Shown here: in pieces, positions 1 through 11,826 of the stretch
How positions within the stretch are numbered: position 1 is the first letter of the stretch
How the letters are laid out: each line of letters opens with the position of its first letter
Assembly (NCBI RefSeq): GCF_006345805.1
Contig: NC_043024.1
Location: 6,634,001-6,698,000 of the forward strand
Reading direction: 5' to 3'
Length of the DNA: 64,000 bases
From: Octopus sinensis
Taxonomy: Eukaryota
Made by a program: the position numbers and the translations under genes
The notes under the pieces: model-generated
The model's database searches: none
Seen by the model: only the letters and a program-made list of their open reading frames with translations
Told to the model about the DNA's origin: nothing

Positions 1-1
1 A

Positions 2-245
2 TTTCATTTGTGAACCCATAAAATAACAAACCTCCACCACTTCTCTGCCTATATTTCTATGCACATCTTTCAATGCTGTGTATGCCATAAGGTCTGTGAA
101 TCTAACGAAGGCCTCGAAAGACATTTTGAGATCCATTAAGATCAGAACTTAACTGCAGCTCTTGGTGGTCCAGATGTGATATGCAATCTATGTGGGTGTC
201 TGGTGTAAAAAGCCACATCAGATGCCATGATGGAGCTAAGGTGTA
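2..245 (+). pseudogene. 3' end of an RTE-type LINE ORF encoding tandem C2H2 zinc fingers (degenerate)
   Basis: Manual translation from 74 gives CCVCHKVCESNEGLERHFEIH (C-x2-C-x12-H-x3-H). It is preceded by HL*TH and followed by CNLCG plus a frameshifted GVKSHIRCH. Same layout as the RTE C-terminus at 61226-61636. Confidence 0.6.
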
Positions 246-257
246 AGTACAACCATG

Positions 258-298
<41 letters not shown>

Positions 299-344
299 GC
301 ATGGTTGTTGTCTACTCCTTATGCAGAGTCTGACCACCTCTTGT

Positions 345-883
345 ACTTACACCTTATGCATGCCTTTCCTCCCTTGGACACAAAGACCTGTTGAGGCAAG
401 CAAAGTCGATATCGAACCTCATCCGACGACAGGCACCCATGCCAACCCCCTTTGCTTACGAAGACATGTTGGGGCAGGTGAAATCGAAATCGATATCGAA
501 ATTGAACCAATTCTATGACTGGCAGCCGGCAGATGCCAGGACCCCTGGACTGGTGGTACGTAAAAAGCACTATCTGACTTGTGGCCGATGCCAGCGCCGC
601 CTCGACTGGCTTCCGTGCCGGTGGCACGTAAAGTGCACCAATCCGACCGTGGCCATTGCCAGCCTCGCCTGGCACCTTTGCGGGTGGCACGTAAAAAGCA
701 CCCACTACACTCACGGAGTGGTTGGCGTTAGGAAGGGCATCCAGCTGTAGAAACATTGCCAGATAAGACTGGAGCCTGGTGCAGCCTTCTGGCTTCCCAG
801 ATCCCCGGTCGAACCGTCCAACTCATGCTAGCATGGAAAACGGACGTTAAACGATGATGATGATGATAATGATGATGATGATG

Positions 884-885
<2 letters not shown>
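345..885 (+). mobile_element. RTE-family 3' UTR fragment with (GAT)n tail
   Basis: Matches the 3' end attached to the APE-bearing LINE at 8490-8705 (GGTGGCACGTAAAAAGCACCCACTACACTCACGGAGTGGTTGG...GGACGTTAAACGATGATG). Confidence 0.7.
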
Positions 886-929
<44 letters not shown>

Positions 930-930
<1 letters not shown>

Positions 931-1133
931 TCTTTTACTTGTTTCATCTGGAGCACTGCCTTTAGTCAAACAAATCAACCCCAGGACTTATTCTTTGTAA
1001 CCCTAGTACTTATTCTATCGGTCTCTTTTTGCTGAATCGCTAAGTTACAGGGACGTAAGCACACCAGCATCAGTTTTCAAGCGATGGTGGAGGGACAAAC
1101 ACACACACACAAACATATATATATGTGTGTGAG

Positions 1134-1185
<52 letters not shown>

Positions 1186-1387
1186 TCTTTTACTTGTTTC
1201 ATCTGGAGCACTGCCTTTAGTCAAACAAATCAACCCCAGGACTTATTCTTTGTAACCCTAGTACTTATTCTATCGGTCTCTTTTTGCTGAATCGCTAAGT
1301 TACAGGGACGTAAGCACACCAGCATCAGTTGTCAAGCGATGGTGGAGGGACAAACACACACACACAAACATATATATATGTGTGTGA

Positions 1388-1425
<38 letters not shown>

Positions 1426-1592
1426 CGGGCTTCTTTCAGTTTCCATCTACCAAATCCACTCACAAGGTTTTGGTCGGACCGAGACTATAGGAGAAGACAC
1501 TTGCCCAAGGTGCCATGCAGTGGGACTGAACCCAGAACCATGTGGTTGGTAAGCAAGCAACTTACCACACAGCCACTCCTGCACACATACAG
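930..1592 (-). mobile_element. tRNA-derived SINE (main family) with a tandemly duplicated 3' half
   Basis: Reverse complement of the full copy at 53054-53465. The 3' half occurs twice (starts at 930 and 1185). Confidence 0.85.
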
Positions 1593-2058
1593 TCATAAGC
1601 TAAAGTCATTCCATCATCTGAGAAAAGAGTTGCATGAAAACAATGCTGAAAGAATGGAGAAAATTTATAAAGCAACAAAAACAATTTTGCACCTGGAGAT
1701 CCAGGTGTTTGCAGAACTAATTTGGTATGTTGATAGAAAGGCTGTAACAATTGTTGCAATGTGGTTTTATCTATGAACATGAAAAAGCAAAATGCAATCT
1801 TTGACATAAAATGGGGTTTATAATAATTATCAAAGACTAAGATATCATAGTGTTTGATGATCAAAGGATTTTTGGGGGTTTTGTGCTTTTTTTTTGTCTT
1901 TCCTTTATTTGTGGCAAATGGAGTTATTTATAGAAGTTGTGGAATGTCTGGTTGAAATAAGGTGAAAGTGATATTAAAAAAAATAATAAAGATAGCAGGT
2001 CAAGATGGAGGTCAAGGAAAGATAAAGTTATACACACACACACACACTCACACACACA

Positions 2059-2103
<45 letters not shown>

Positions 2104-2144
2104 ACACACATACACACACACATTCACACACACACATACACATA

Positions 2145-2359
2145 CTCTTTTACTCTTTTACTTGTTTCAGTCATTTGACTGTGGCCATGCTGGAGCACCG
2201 CCTTTAGTCAAGCAAATCGACCCCAGGACTTATTCTTTGTAAGCCTAGTACTTATTCTATAGGTCTCTTTTGCCAAACCACTAAGTTACGGGGACATAAA
2301 CACACCAGCATCGGATGTCAAGCGATGTTGGGGGGACAAACACAGACACACAAACATAT

Positions 2360-2390
<31 letters not shown>

Positions 2391-2562
2391 CATATTTACG
2401 ATGGGCTTCTTTCAGTTTCCGTTCACCAATTCCACTCACAAGGCTTTGGTCGGCCCGAGGCTATAGTAGAAGACACTTGCCCAAGGTGCCACACAATGGG
2501 AATGAACCCGGAACCATGTGGTTGGTAAGCAAGCTACTTACCACGCAGCCACTCCTGTGCCT
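2145..2562 (-). mobile_element. tRNA-derived SINE, full length
   Basis: A/B-box head, internal (CA)n/(TA)n and GAGTAAAA-type tail, all matching 53054-53465. Confidence 0.9.
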
Positions 2563-2574
2563 GTATGAAACATA

Positions 2575-2770
2575 TATGAGAGGATTCTAAAAAGCTCCTG
2601 ACTTTGGGCAAAAGAAAACACAGGAGGGTCAGTTAATTATGATTTTATTCAACATATTCTCCTCTCAGATTGACACACTTATTGTAGTGATGCTTCAGTT
2701 TTTCTAAGCTCAGTAAAAGAACTTGGAAGGTTAGGCCTCCAACTAGGCCTTTCACAAAACCCTTAAAGGG
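2575..2770. mobile_element. possible mariner-derived short fragment
   Basis: Start ATGAGAGGATTCTAAAAAGCTCCTG resembles the mariner TIR at 56689 (CGAGGGGTGTATGAAAAGTTTTG). Degenerate. Confidence 0.3.
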
Positions 2771-2799
2771 AGGAACTTTTCAACCCCTCTCACCACTCA

Positions 2800-3015
2800 T
2801 GTGTGTGTATGTATATGTTCAATATGTGACCTCGTGTGTATCATTGGCGATTTTCTTTCTCCATCTTCCCTTCTCTGGATCTTTCCTTTTCCTATGTTTC
2901 CAACGAAGAGCTCCGCTTGAAACGTTAAATCCTCCTTCTTTCTTTCCTTTCCTGAGCATCCAATAACACTATACTTTTTCCATGTCCTTGCGTTGTTGTG
3001 TTTTCATGTTTGGAT
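2800..3015 (+). mobile_element. Penelope-like element end with degenerate hammerhead motif
   Basis: GTTTCCAACGAAGAGCTCCGCTTGAAACGTTAAAT at ~2905-2940. Homologous to the reverse complement of 30827-30915. Confidence 0.5.
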
Positions 3016-3017
3016 TA

Positions 3018-3051
<34 letters not shown>

Positions 3052-3055
<4 letters not shown>

Positions 3056-3250
3056 GGGAAAGTTTACGAAAATAAACAAAAGACGAAGGCAGGTGTACAA
3101 ACAAATAAATGTATTAGTATAACACTCAGGAATAGAAAAAAGTCTTTCGAGCCTACACTCTTCGACAGAAAGATACACAGAAAAAAACAAGGAGAGAAAC
3201 AAGGAGAGAAAAAAATGCGTGTAGGAGCTAACGATCTATCATGGTGTCTT
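3052..3250 (-). mobile_element. Penelope-like element end, same family as 27910-28116
   Basis: Clear homology to 27910-28116. Minus strand reads TTT CTGTCGA A GAGT GTAG GCTC GAAA, with the helix III segment deleted. Confidence 0.6.
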
Positions 3251-3285
3251 ATATATATATATATATATATATATATTCCCTCATA

Positions 3286-3349
<64 letters not shown>

Positions 3350-3819
3350 TTTATGTATATATATATATATGTATGTATGTATGTATGATTATATATATCA
3401 TCCATCCCCTGACAACCGTATCATCTTTACTACTCCAGTGGCTCATTCCCCTTACATGCCCTTTTGCATCTCCCTATCACCCTCAACTCATGACACCCTG
3501 CTCATCCATCCTTTAACTCTACTCATGCCAGCAGCCATCCCCTCCACCCCCTCCACCCCCTCATCCCATACAATCTTGCAAATCGATTCTTCAATTCCCT
3601 TTGTGCCTTGTGGGGGCCACCTAGGGACCCTGTTGCCATTATCCATCTCTTGCAGTTCCTCCTCTTCATTTGCTCCTTCTCTTCCTCTCCCATGCAGATC
3701 CGCTACAAGGGCCTGCATTTCTCATAATTCAATCCCCACCTCCGCTGGCATGAAGCTGACTCCTACCACCATCATCCCCACCACCACCACCACCAGGGTA
3801 TGTATGTTTTGTAAGCTCT

Positions 3820-4020
3820 ATGGTGACCTCAGTAGAGCAGACAGTATTAACAAAAGCCCCCTGTCCATGCTGTAAAATTGGTTGGGGTTAGGAAGGGCAT
3901 TCAGATATAAAGAAACATGCCAAATCAGACATTGGAAATCAATGCAGTCCTTGGACACACTGAACCTGGTCGAACCATCCAACCCATGCTGGCATGGAAT
4001 ATGGATGTAAAATGATGATG
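3820..4020 (+). mobile_element. element with RTE-type 3' tail ending in (GAT)n
   Basis: GTTAGGAAGGGCAT...GAACCATCCAACCCATGCTGGCATGG matches the tail at 700-870. Confidence 0.6.
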
Positions 4021-4273
4021 GTGGTGGTGGTGGTGGTGGTGGTGGGTGGTGGTTGTGATGGTGGTTGTGGTTGTGGTGGTGGTTGTGGTGGTGGTGGTGG
4101 TGGTGGTGGTGATGGTGGTGGTTTTGGTGGTGTGGTGGTGGTGGTGGTGGTAGTGGTGGTTGTGATGGTGGTTGTGGTTGTGGTGGTGGTTGTGGTGGTG
4201 GTGGTGGTGGTGGTGATGGTGGTGGTTTTGGTGGTGGTGGTGGTGGTGGTTGTGGTGGTGGTTGTGGTGGTGG

Positions 4274-4304
<31 letters not shown>

Positions 4305-4375
4305 GATGGTGATGATGGTGATGGTGATGGTGTTGGTGGTGGTGGTGGTGATGAGGAGGAGGAGAAGGAAGATAC
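4010..4375. repeat. compound (GGT)n/(GAT)n trinucleotide tract
   Basis: Directly visible; source of the poly-H/T/V ORFs. Confidence 0.95.
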
Positions 4376-4969
4376 ACATCAAAATACACTCACACATACA
4401 TACATATATACATACACATACACACACACCTCATGTGCCCACCCACACATTTTGCGCCTGTACTTAAACGTGTGGGACTTCAGGTAAACTCCAGCCAACA
4501 ACAGCAACAACAAAAATATCCAAACATAAAAACAAAAACAAAAAAACAAGAATCCAACACCAAAACTGTCAGCTGCCAATTGCCAAACATTTAAATGTAA
4601 GGAAATAATGAACAGATAAGAAGAGAAACGAACAAGGAATGGTTTTATTGGCTGGCCAAGTCTGTGTGAGATAAAATGACTGAAAACAGCCGATCCCGAT
4701 GATTAGGACATAGCCATTTTAACATCTTGGAGTCTGTCCAATTATCTTGGTAGTTCTTACATTGGAGGAAGGAAGATGAATGAAGATTGCAAGATGTAAA
4801 AGAGGGTGAGTTGTCAAAGAGATAATAAGAACTGTAGAGAAAACGGGTTGGTTGGATGGGGCGGAATATAGAAGAAAATAAGAAGAAATAGGAAGAAACT
4901 GGAATATGTTATAGAAAATAATAATAATAGTAGTAGTAATAATGATAATAATAATAATAATAATAATAA

Positions 4970-5590
4970 CGGAACTACCAAGCCAATGTGATAAAAAATG
5001 GAGCTGACCCAAAATGCCGATTCTGTAACGATGAGATTGAAACAATAGACCACCTAATCTCAGGGTGTAGAGTCTCAGCACCTGTAGAATATAAAGCAAG
5101 ACATGACAGAGTCGGCCAGTATTTACATTGGACAATATGTCGGTATTATAAGATCAAAACCCGCTGACAAATAGTATAAACACCATCCTGAAGCTGTGAC
5201 TGAGGGAGAAAATGTGTCGATTTTATGGGACTTCCCTGTGCAGACCGTACAGACCGACAAGACTATAAAAGTTAATAAGCCGGATATTATTATAAAAGAT
5301 CAGACAAAAAGAATGTGTTTATTAATTGACATGAGTATTCCTTGCGATCACAATATAGTGGCGAAAGAATTTGACAAGATTAGTAAATATAAAGACCTGC
5401 TAATAGAAATTGAAAAAAATGTGGCATCTCAAGATGACTACAGTACCAGTGATTGTAGGATCTCTAGGAATGATAAAAAAAAAAAGGTACTGAAACCTAT
5501 TTGAAAATGATTCCAGGCTCAACATCAGGAAGTGCAAAAAATCGGCTCATGTACTGAGAAGAGCATTATCGCTGTGAAAACAACATCCAT
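4970..5590 (+). pseudogene. 5'-truncated R4/Dong-type non-LTR retrotransposon (CCHC knuckle + restriction-like endonuclease)
   Basis: CRFCNDEIETIDHLISGC knuckle, RHD motif, ILWDFPVQT and KPDIII...CLLIDMSIP..KE..K.SKY motifs. Starts immediately after (TAA)n. Confidence 0.8.
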
Positions 5591-5774
5591 TCATGAATTT
5601 ATTTATTTATTAATTTTTTTAAATACATATTTTACCTGTGAATTTGCGCGTGTAATCTGGGAATGCATACAATGCCCTTCTCTGCCCTAGGTGTATGAAA
5701 AACACTCGGCGAGAAATGGAAGAAAATTTGAAGAAAGAAGGAAAAAAACATAATAATAATAATAATAATAATAA

Positions 5775-5817
5775 TAAATGCCCTAATGCAGTACCAGACA
5801 GTGGCTCTCCTGGCTTC
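5775..5817 (+). mobile_element. 5' fragment of the (TAA)n-flanked ~540-bp element
   Basis: AAATGCCCTAATGCAGTACCAGACAGTGGCTCTCCTGGCTTC follows (TAA)n and matches the reverse complement of 27680-27725. Confidence 0.7.
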
Positions 5818-5899
5818 AGACAGACAGAATACAGACAGGTAGATAGATAGATAGATAGGTAGATAGATAGACAGGTAGATAGATTGACAGACGAGATAT

Positions 5900-6060
5900 A
5901 ACAGGCTTCTTTCAGTTTCCGCCTACCAAATCCACTCACAAACTCATTGGTTGACCCATGGTTACAGTAAAAGACACTTGCAGAAGGTGCAGTACAGTGG
6001 GACTGAACCTGAAACCTTGTAGTTGGCAAGCAAACTTTTTTACCATACAGCCACACCCAC
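5900..6060 (-). mobile_element. tRNA-SINE 5' half
   Basis: Homology to 53054-53220. Confidence 0.75.
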
Positions 6061-6084
6061 ACCTACATTAAGAGAGAAAACATC

Positions 6085-6118
6085 GCTGCTGCTACTGCTG
6101 TTGTTGTTTTTGTTATTT

Positions 6119-6202
<84 letters not shown>

Positions 6203-6218
6203 CAGCAGCAGTAGTAGT

Positions 6219-6262
<44 letters not shown>

Positions 6263-6355
6263 TATAGTAGTAGTAGTAGTAGTAGTAGTTGTCTTTGCTG
6301 TTGCAGTTGTTGATGTTGTTACTACCATGGCTGTTGCTGTTGCTGTTGTTGTTGT
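6085..6355. repeat. compound (GCA)n/(GTA)n/(GTT)n tract
   Basis: Directly visible. Confidence 0.95.
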
Positions 6356-6616
6356 GAGTCCTAAAGAAAAAATTTTGCAATTTTTTTCTTAATTTCCAAT
6401 TTCCATTTCACAGTTTACACCAAAATAAAGAAACTAGTTTGACATGTTGTTCTAAGCTCATTGTTATAATGGTAATGGCAGGAGGCGGTGGTGGTGGTGG
6501 TCGGGGGGTCCAAGCGGAAGGGAAGGAAGAGCATCTGAGTGGGGTGGACGTGAAATACTTGTGTGCATGTGTGTATATGAGTAGATGTGTGTATGTTTGA
6601 GTTTGTGTGTGGTGTG

Positions 6617-6688
<72 letters not shown>

Positions 6689-6749
6689 TGTGGTGTGTAT
6701 GTGTATATATGTGTTTGTATGTACAACTTGGCAATACATTTGAATTATG

Positions 6750-6790
<41 letters not shown>

Positions 6791-6895
6791 CATACATGTG
6801 TGTATGTATGTTTGTGTGTTTATATATATGTGTCTGTGTGTTGTACATGTGTGCTGGTGCATATGTGTACATAGATATATATACCAACACACACA

Positions 6896-6938
<43 letters not shown>

Positions 6939-7255
6939 GTAAACCACCTAACTATTAAATAATATATTGTCTTACAAAACTAATTCTCAAATTAAATTAT
7001 ATGTAATACATTAAATCACATTATAAAAATAATAAAGCATAATAAATAAATAGATATACATATCATAACTAATAATTATCAAGAAATTATATATAAAATT
7101 AATATATGCATTTTATTTATTGTTTTGCACATTGCATAATCATTGTTGTATGTTTTATATTGTATTTAATCTTTCTGTAATGTGTAATTTTTCTAAATGG
7201 TATATTTTAGTTTTTTTATTGTTGAATTGATGAAGGGTGTTTTTTTCCTAATTGT

Positions 7256-7282
<27 letters not shown>

Positions 7283-7286
<4 letters not shown>

Positions 7287-8705
7287 GTAAAGGACAGAGG
7301 TACAAGATTTTCTGGGCTGGGAATACTGAAGGGGTCAGGAGTGTGGGTATACTTATCACCGAAAAATGGGTAGATAAGGTAATTGAGGTAGTCAGAGTAT
7401 GTGACAGTTTAGCAACTATTATATTGGCCTATGCCCCTCAGCCAGGGCTACCCGATGGACAGAAAGACCGTTTCTATGACACCCTACTGCAGACCACTTC
7501 ATTGACGAACGACAAGGACCTTCTCTTTGTGGCTGGTGACTTCAATGGGCATGTTGGACGATATGCTAGGGGCTTTCATGGCGTACATGGAGGCTACAGT
7601 TATGGTTCCCGCAACGAGGAGGGAACCAGGCTGCTGGAGTTCTGTGATGCGAATAGTCTTATGGTTTGCAACACTAACTTCAGGAAACCAACAAGCCACT
7701 TGGTCACCTACCAATTGGGCCGGCATACTAGCCAAATCGACTACATCCTTGCCAGAAAAAGGGAAAGATGGCTGCTTATAAATGCCAAAACCTTCCCAGG
7801 CGAAGAATGTACCCCACAACATAGACTGGTAGTTAGTGACTTTAGGATCAGGACTAAGAGGACGACTAGAAGACGACTAACATGGAGAAGAAGGGTCTGG
7901 AAGCTTAAAGACCCTGCAAATTGACAGAGATTTAGAGACATGTTACTTGAAGCCTCCGACGAAATAGAAGGTGGTATAGCTACACATGGGGTAGAAGATA
8001 ACTGGACGCTTCTAAGGGACAACCTGCTGAAAGCCACTGACCAGATCTGTGGCTGGTGCAAAGTCCCCCCCAAGACCCGAAATAACGTGGTGGTGGAACA
8101 ATATTGTTGACAGGGCTATTAGACAAAAGAAACAGGCTTGGAAGGACTGGAAGAACTGTGGTTGCAGGGAAGTGTATCAGACTTCTAGAAGGGAAGCTAG
8201 GAGGCAGGTGTATATAGCCAGAGGGGAAGCAGATAAGAAAAAATTTGCCAATGTCTGCGCCGTGAGATGAAAGACTTGAGGTATTTCGTATTGCTAGACA
8301 GTGTGTGAGAGAGAATCATGACGTGGTAGGAGAGAAATCTGTTCACAAGGATGACGGCTCACTTGCGCTAAATGAGGATGCAAAGAGAGAGGTTTGGAGA
8401 CACCACTATGAAAGGTTTCTGAATGAGGAAAATGAATGGGATAAAGAGAGTCTGCAGAATGTAGACCCAACAGAGGGACCAGCAATCCGTTTGCCAGCTC
8501 TGTCTGGCACCTGTGCGGGTGGCACGTAAAAAGCACCCACTACACTCACGGAGTGGTTGGTGTTAGGAAGGGCATCCAGCCGTAGAAACACTGCCAGATT
8601 TGACTGGGCCTGATGAAGCCTTCTGGCTTCACAGACCCCAGTAGAACCGTCCAACCCATGCTAGCATGGAAAACGGACGCTAAACGATGATGATGATGAT
8701 GATGA
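7283..8705 (+). mobile_element. internally deleted RTE LINE: AP endonuclease + linker joined to the 3' UTR, RT absent
   Basis: ORF 7343-7924 has APE motifs (AYAPQ, AGDFNGHVG, SQIDYIL, PQHRLVVSD). The linker runs to NVDPTEGPAIR at ~8490, then the 3' UTR and (GAT)n follow directly. Confidence 0.8.
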
Positions 8706-9119
8706 TATATGTATGTATGCATGTATATATGTAATATAATAGTATCAGTATTAATATTTTCACTATGTATATATTATATACATATTGAAAGTATTAAACT
8801 GAAAGTATTATCTCACATTACAATAGAGATGTTATTGTTTCACTTTTGAAACGTAATACTGAAATAGTGTAAGAGATAAGAGATTGCTCCGGGCTCACTT
8901 TAGACAAGGAGTTGAAAATTATTTTTGGCCCAAAACACTAAATGGACCCTAAGTAAGGCATGTGTAAAATCTGAATATAATCAGTTGGGTGAATTTCAAG
9001 TTTTAACGATGCACACATGCAGACAGACAGACACACACACACATAAAACGCGCACACACACACACATTCTCAGTTTTATATATATTGATATATATGTATA
9101 TAACATATATATATATATA

Positions 9120-9475
9120 TCTTTTATCTTGTTTCAGTCAGTTGACTATGGCCATGCTGGGGCACCACCTTGAAGCATTTTAACCAATGAATTAACCCCA
9201 GTTCTTATTCTATTGGTCCTTTTTACTGAACCGCCAAGTTGTGGGGATGTAAACACACCAACACCAGATGTTAAGTGGTGGTGGAAGAAAAACACAGATA
9301 TAAACACACACACACATATATACGACACCTACTAGTTTCCATCAACGAAATCCACACACAAGGTATTGGTTGGCCCTAGGTTATACTAGAAGACACTTGC
9401 CAAAGGTGCCATGCAGTGGGAGTGAACTCAAGACCTTGTTGTTAGGAAAACTTCTTACCACACAGCTCTACATGT
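9120..9475 (-). mobile_element. diverged tRNA-SINE
   Basis: Homology to the main family. Confidence 0.75.
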
Positions 9476-9553
9476 GCTTATGTATATAAACATGCATATA
9501 TATAATTATATGTGTATGTGTGTGTGTATGTTTATATCTCATATATATTTATA

Positions 9554-9599
<46 letters not shown>

Positions 9600-9601
<2 letters not shown>

Positions 9602-10035
9602 ATACTGAATTTCTAAATGTCTCAGAGAGATGAGCGGTGGTGGAACGATAGAGTGGCTGTATACTGTCAACACAACCCGTAAAGGGAATCACACCACCGC
9701 TATTTAGCCCTAGGAAGCATCGACGCTTCCTGTCAGCTTTGACACATTTCCTGTGTCCTTATATTTGCAAAGGGGAGGCAAGCACCCCCGCCAGCTAGGC
9801 GAGCAACCTGAAGACATGCATGTTTCTGGGTCTTGCCCGTCATCAGTCCAGGGTAGCGAGTCCCTGCTAGCGGTGGTACTTGCCAAGCCTTCGCAAATAT
9901 ATATATTTACAGTGAAATCTATTCACTGGTCACTGTATTTAGAAATATTGAATTTCTAAATGTCTCAGAGAGACATGAGCGGTGGTGGAGCGATAGAGTG
10001 GTCGTATAAAGTCAACATAACGTGACAGTCCCGTA
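9600..10035 (-). mobile_element. Penelope/retrozyme-like unit (343-nt period) with ~70-nt terminal direct repeat
   Basis: TGAATTTCTAAATGTCTCAGAGAGA...GTCAACA at 9606 and 9949, with a hammerhead between them. Flanked by (TA)n. Confidence 0.65.
9807..9852 (-). ncRNA. minimal type-I hammerhead ribozyme
   Basis: Minus strand: CCUGGA-CUGAUGA-C-GGG-caaga-CCC-A-GAAA-CAUGCAUG-UC-UUCAGG. Helix I 6 bp (one G-U), palindromic helix III, GUC cleavage triplet. The 10.1-11.1 pair is a C-A mismatch. Confidence 0.8.
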
Positions 10036-10044
10036 TATATATGT

Positions 10045-10530
10045 ATCATCATCATCATCATCATCATCATTTAACGTCCGCTTTCCATGCTAGCATGGGT
10101 TGGACGGTTCAACTGGGGTCTGGGGAGCCCGAAAGCTGCACCAGTCCAGTCAGATCTGGCAGTGTTTCTACAGCTGGATGCCCTTCCTAACGCCAACCAC
10201 TCCGAGAGTGTAGTGGGTGATTTTATGTGCCACCGACACAGGTGCCAGACGAGGCTGGCAAACGGCCACGCTCGGATGGTGTTTTTATGTGCCACCGACA
10301 CAGGTGCCAGACGAGGCTGGCAGACGGCCACGCTCGGATGTGTTTTTATGTGCCACTGACACAGGTGCCAGACGTGGCTGGCAGACGGCCACGCTCGGAT
10401 GGTGTTTTTATGTGCCACCGACACAGGTGCCAGACGAGGCTGGCAGACGGCCACGCTCGGATGGTGTTTTTATGTGCCACCGACACAGGTGCCAGATGAG
10501 GCTGTCAAACGCCCACGATCGGATGGTGCT
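10045..10530 (-). mobile_element. RTE 3' UTR fragment containing five ~62-bp tandem repeats
   Basis: Reverse complement of the 600-870 tail. Units start at ~10221, 10283, 10344, 10406 and 10468. Confidence 0.85.
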
Positions 10531-10721
10531 TGTTACAGGGAGATAACCAAAAGTACTGCCATTTGTCATAAAACGTGGGGAGATAACCCAATATTTTAAG
10601 GATGGTGAGATAGCCAAAAAGTACCAGGTTTTTCTCTAGGCCTGTAACTGTGTTCAGGGCTGGATTTATAGGAAGTTGAAGATAGCAATTGTTCTGGGCA
10701 TCCAAAAGATAAAGGACTCAC

Positions 10722-10794
10722 CTGCTATGAATGGTATGTAGCACTCAATACAGCAGGGCCCCCACCTCCCATCAATCTTGCATACAGAGGCTCT
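10722..10794 (-). CDS. candidate 73-nt internal coding exon, product unknown
   Basis: Perfect donor CAG|GTGAGT, T-rich AAG acceptor, one open frame RASVCKIDGRWGPCCIECYIPFIA(G), non-repetitive context. Confidence 0.35.
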
Positions 10795-11574
10795 CTTTTA
10801 AGAAACAAACAAATTTTTAAAAATGTAATGGATCTGCTTTTTTGATGAATAACCATAGTTTTAACTACATTAGTGACATCAATTCATTCAATTAAAAAAA
10901 AAAACATTGCTACTGATTCCCAAAGCAATTACAATTCCCATGGGAATTGTAAACTGCTTTGGGACATTGACAAACAACAACAAAACACTCCAAAAAACGT
11001 ATGTATGTATGTATGTATATGTCAGTGTGTGTTTGTATGTGTCTGTGTGTATGTGAGAGAGAGAGAGTATGGAGGTATATAAAGACAGATAAAGAGATTG
11101 ATAGCAAGAAGTTATTTATTGTCTCTAGTTTAGATTCCTTCTTTCATTGCATGTCTGAGCACAGTGACCTTAGATTGACCACTGGTCATAAACACTCCCA
11201 CACACACACATCATTTCAGTGAGGCATTGAAAACTTGCTTTATTTTACCAACGAGCAAGCAGTATACTCCAGAATTAAAATTTTGAATTTAGTTTTAATT
11301 ATGAAATTACATCTGTCAACAGCTCAAAGCAAGTTTTCTTCTCAGCTTTTGAATAGTTGCTTTTATACTCACATCTTTTCATTAAACAGAATTTTTTTCT
11401 TTCTTCCTTTTCTCCCTATTTTTTGTCATTTTGTCAAATACTTGAAATAACTGTGACAGACTGGCGTCCGTCCAGGTGGGGAACCTATATGCCAATGAAA
11501 CTGGGAAACTGGCCCTTATGAGCCAGGCATGGCTCGAGAAGGAACAAACAACAACAACAATAATATATAAACAA

Positions 11575-11735
11575 CAAGCTTCTTTCAGTTTCCATCTACC
11601 AAATCTGCTCACAAGGTTTTGGTCAACCCGAGGCTATAGTAGAAGACACTTGCCCAAGGTGCCACACAGTGGGACTGAGCCCAGAACCATGCGGTTGGAA
11701 AGTGAGCCCCTTACCACACAGCCACTCCTATGCCT
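11575..11735 (-). mobile_element. tRNA-SINE 5' half
   Basis: Homology to the main family head. Confidence 0.8.
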
Positions 11736-11785
11736 GCATGAGGAATTTTTTTAGCGAGCTCTTGACTCCATTTAAGTAGTCTTAC

Positions 11786-11826
11786 AGGTGCAAACTCTTT
11801 TAACAAGCTTTTGATTGCGGTTTTAC
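11786..11826 (-). CDS. candidate 41-nt exon
   Basis: Polypyrimidine acceptor TTTTTTATTTCTTTTACACCTTCAAG, donor GTAAGA, open frame (G)KTAIKSLLKEFAP. Phase-compatible with 10722-10794. Confidence 0.25.

Noticed and set aside
6380-6475. Plus-strand exon candidate (polypyrimidine-CAG ... ATG|GTAATG)
   Set aside because: Isolated, with an unrecognisable peptide and no compatible partner exons; similar signals occur on both strands by chance.
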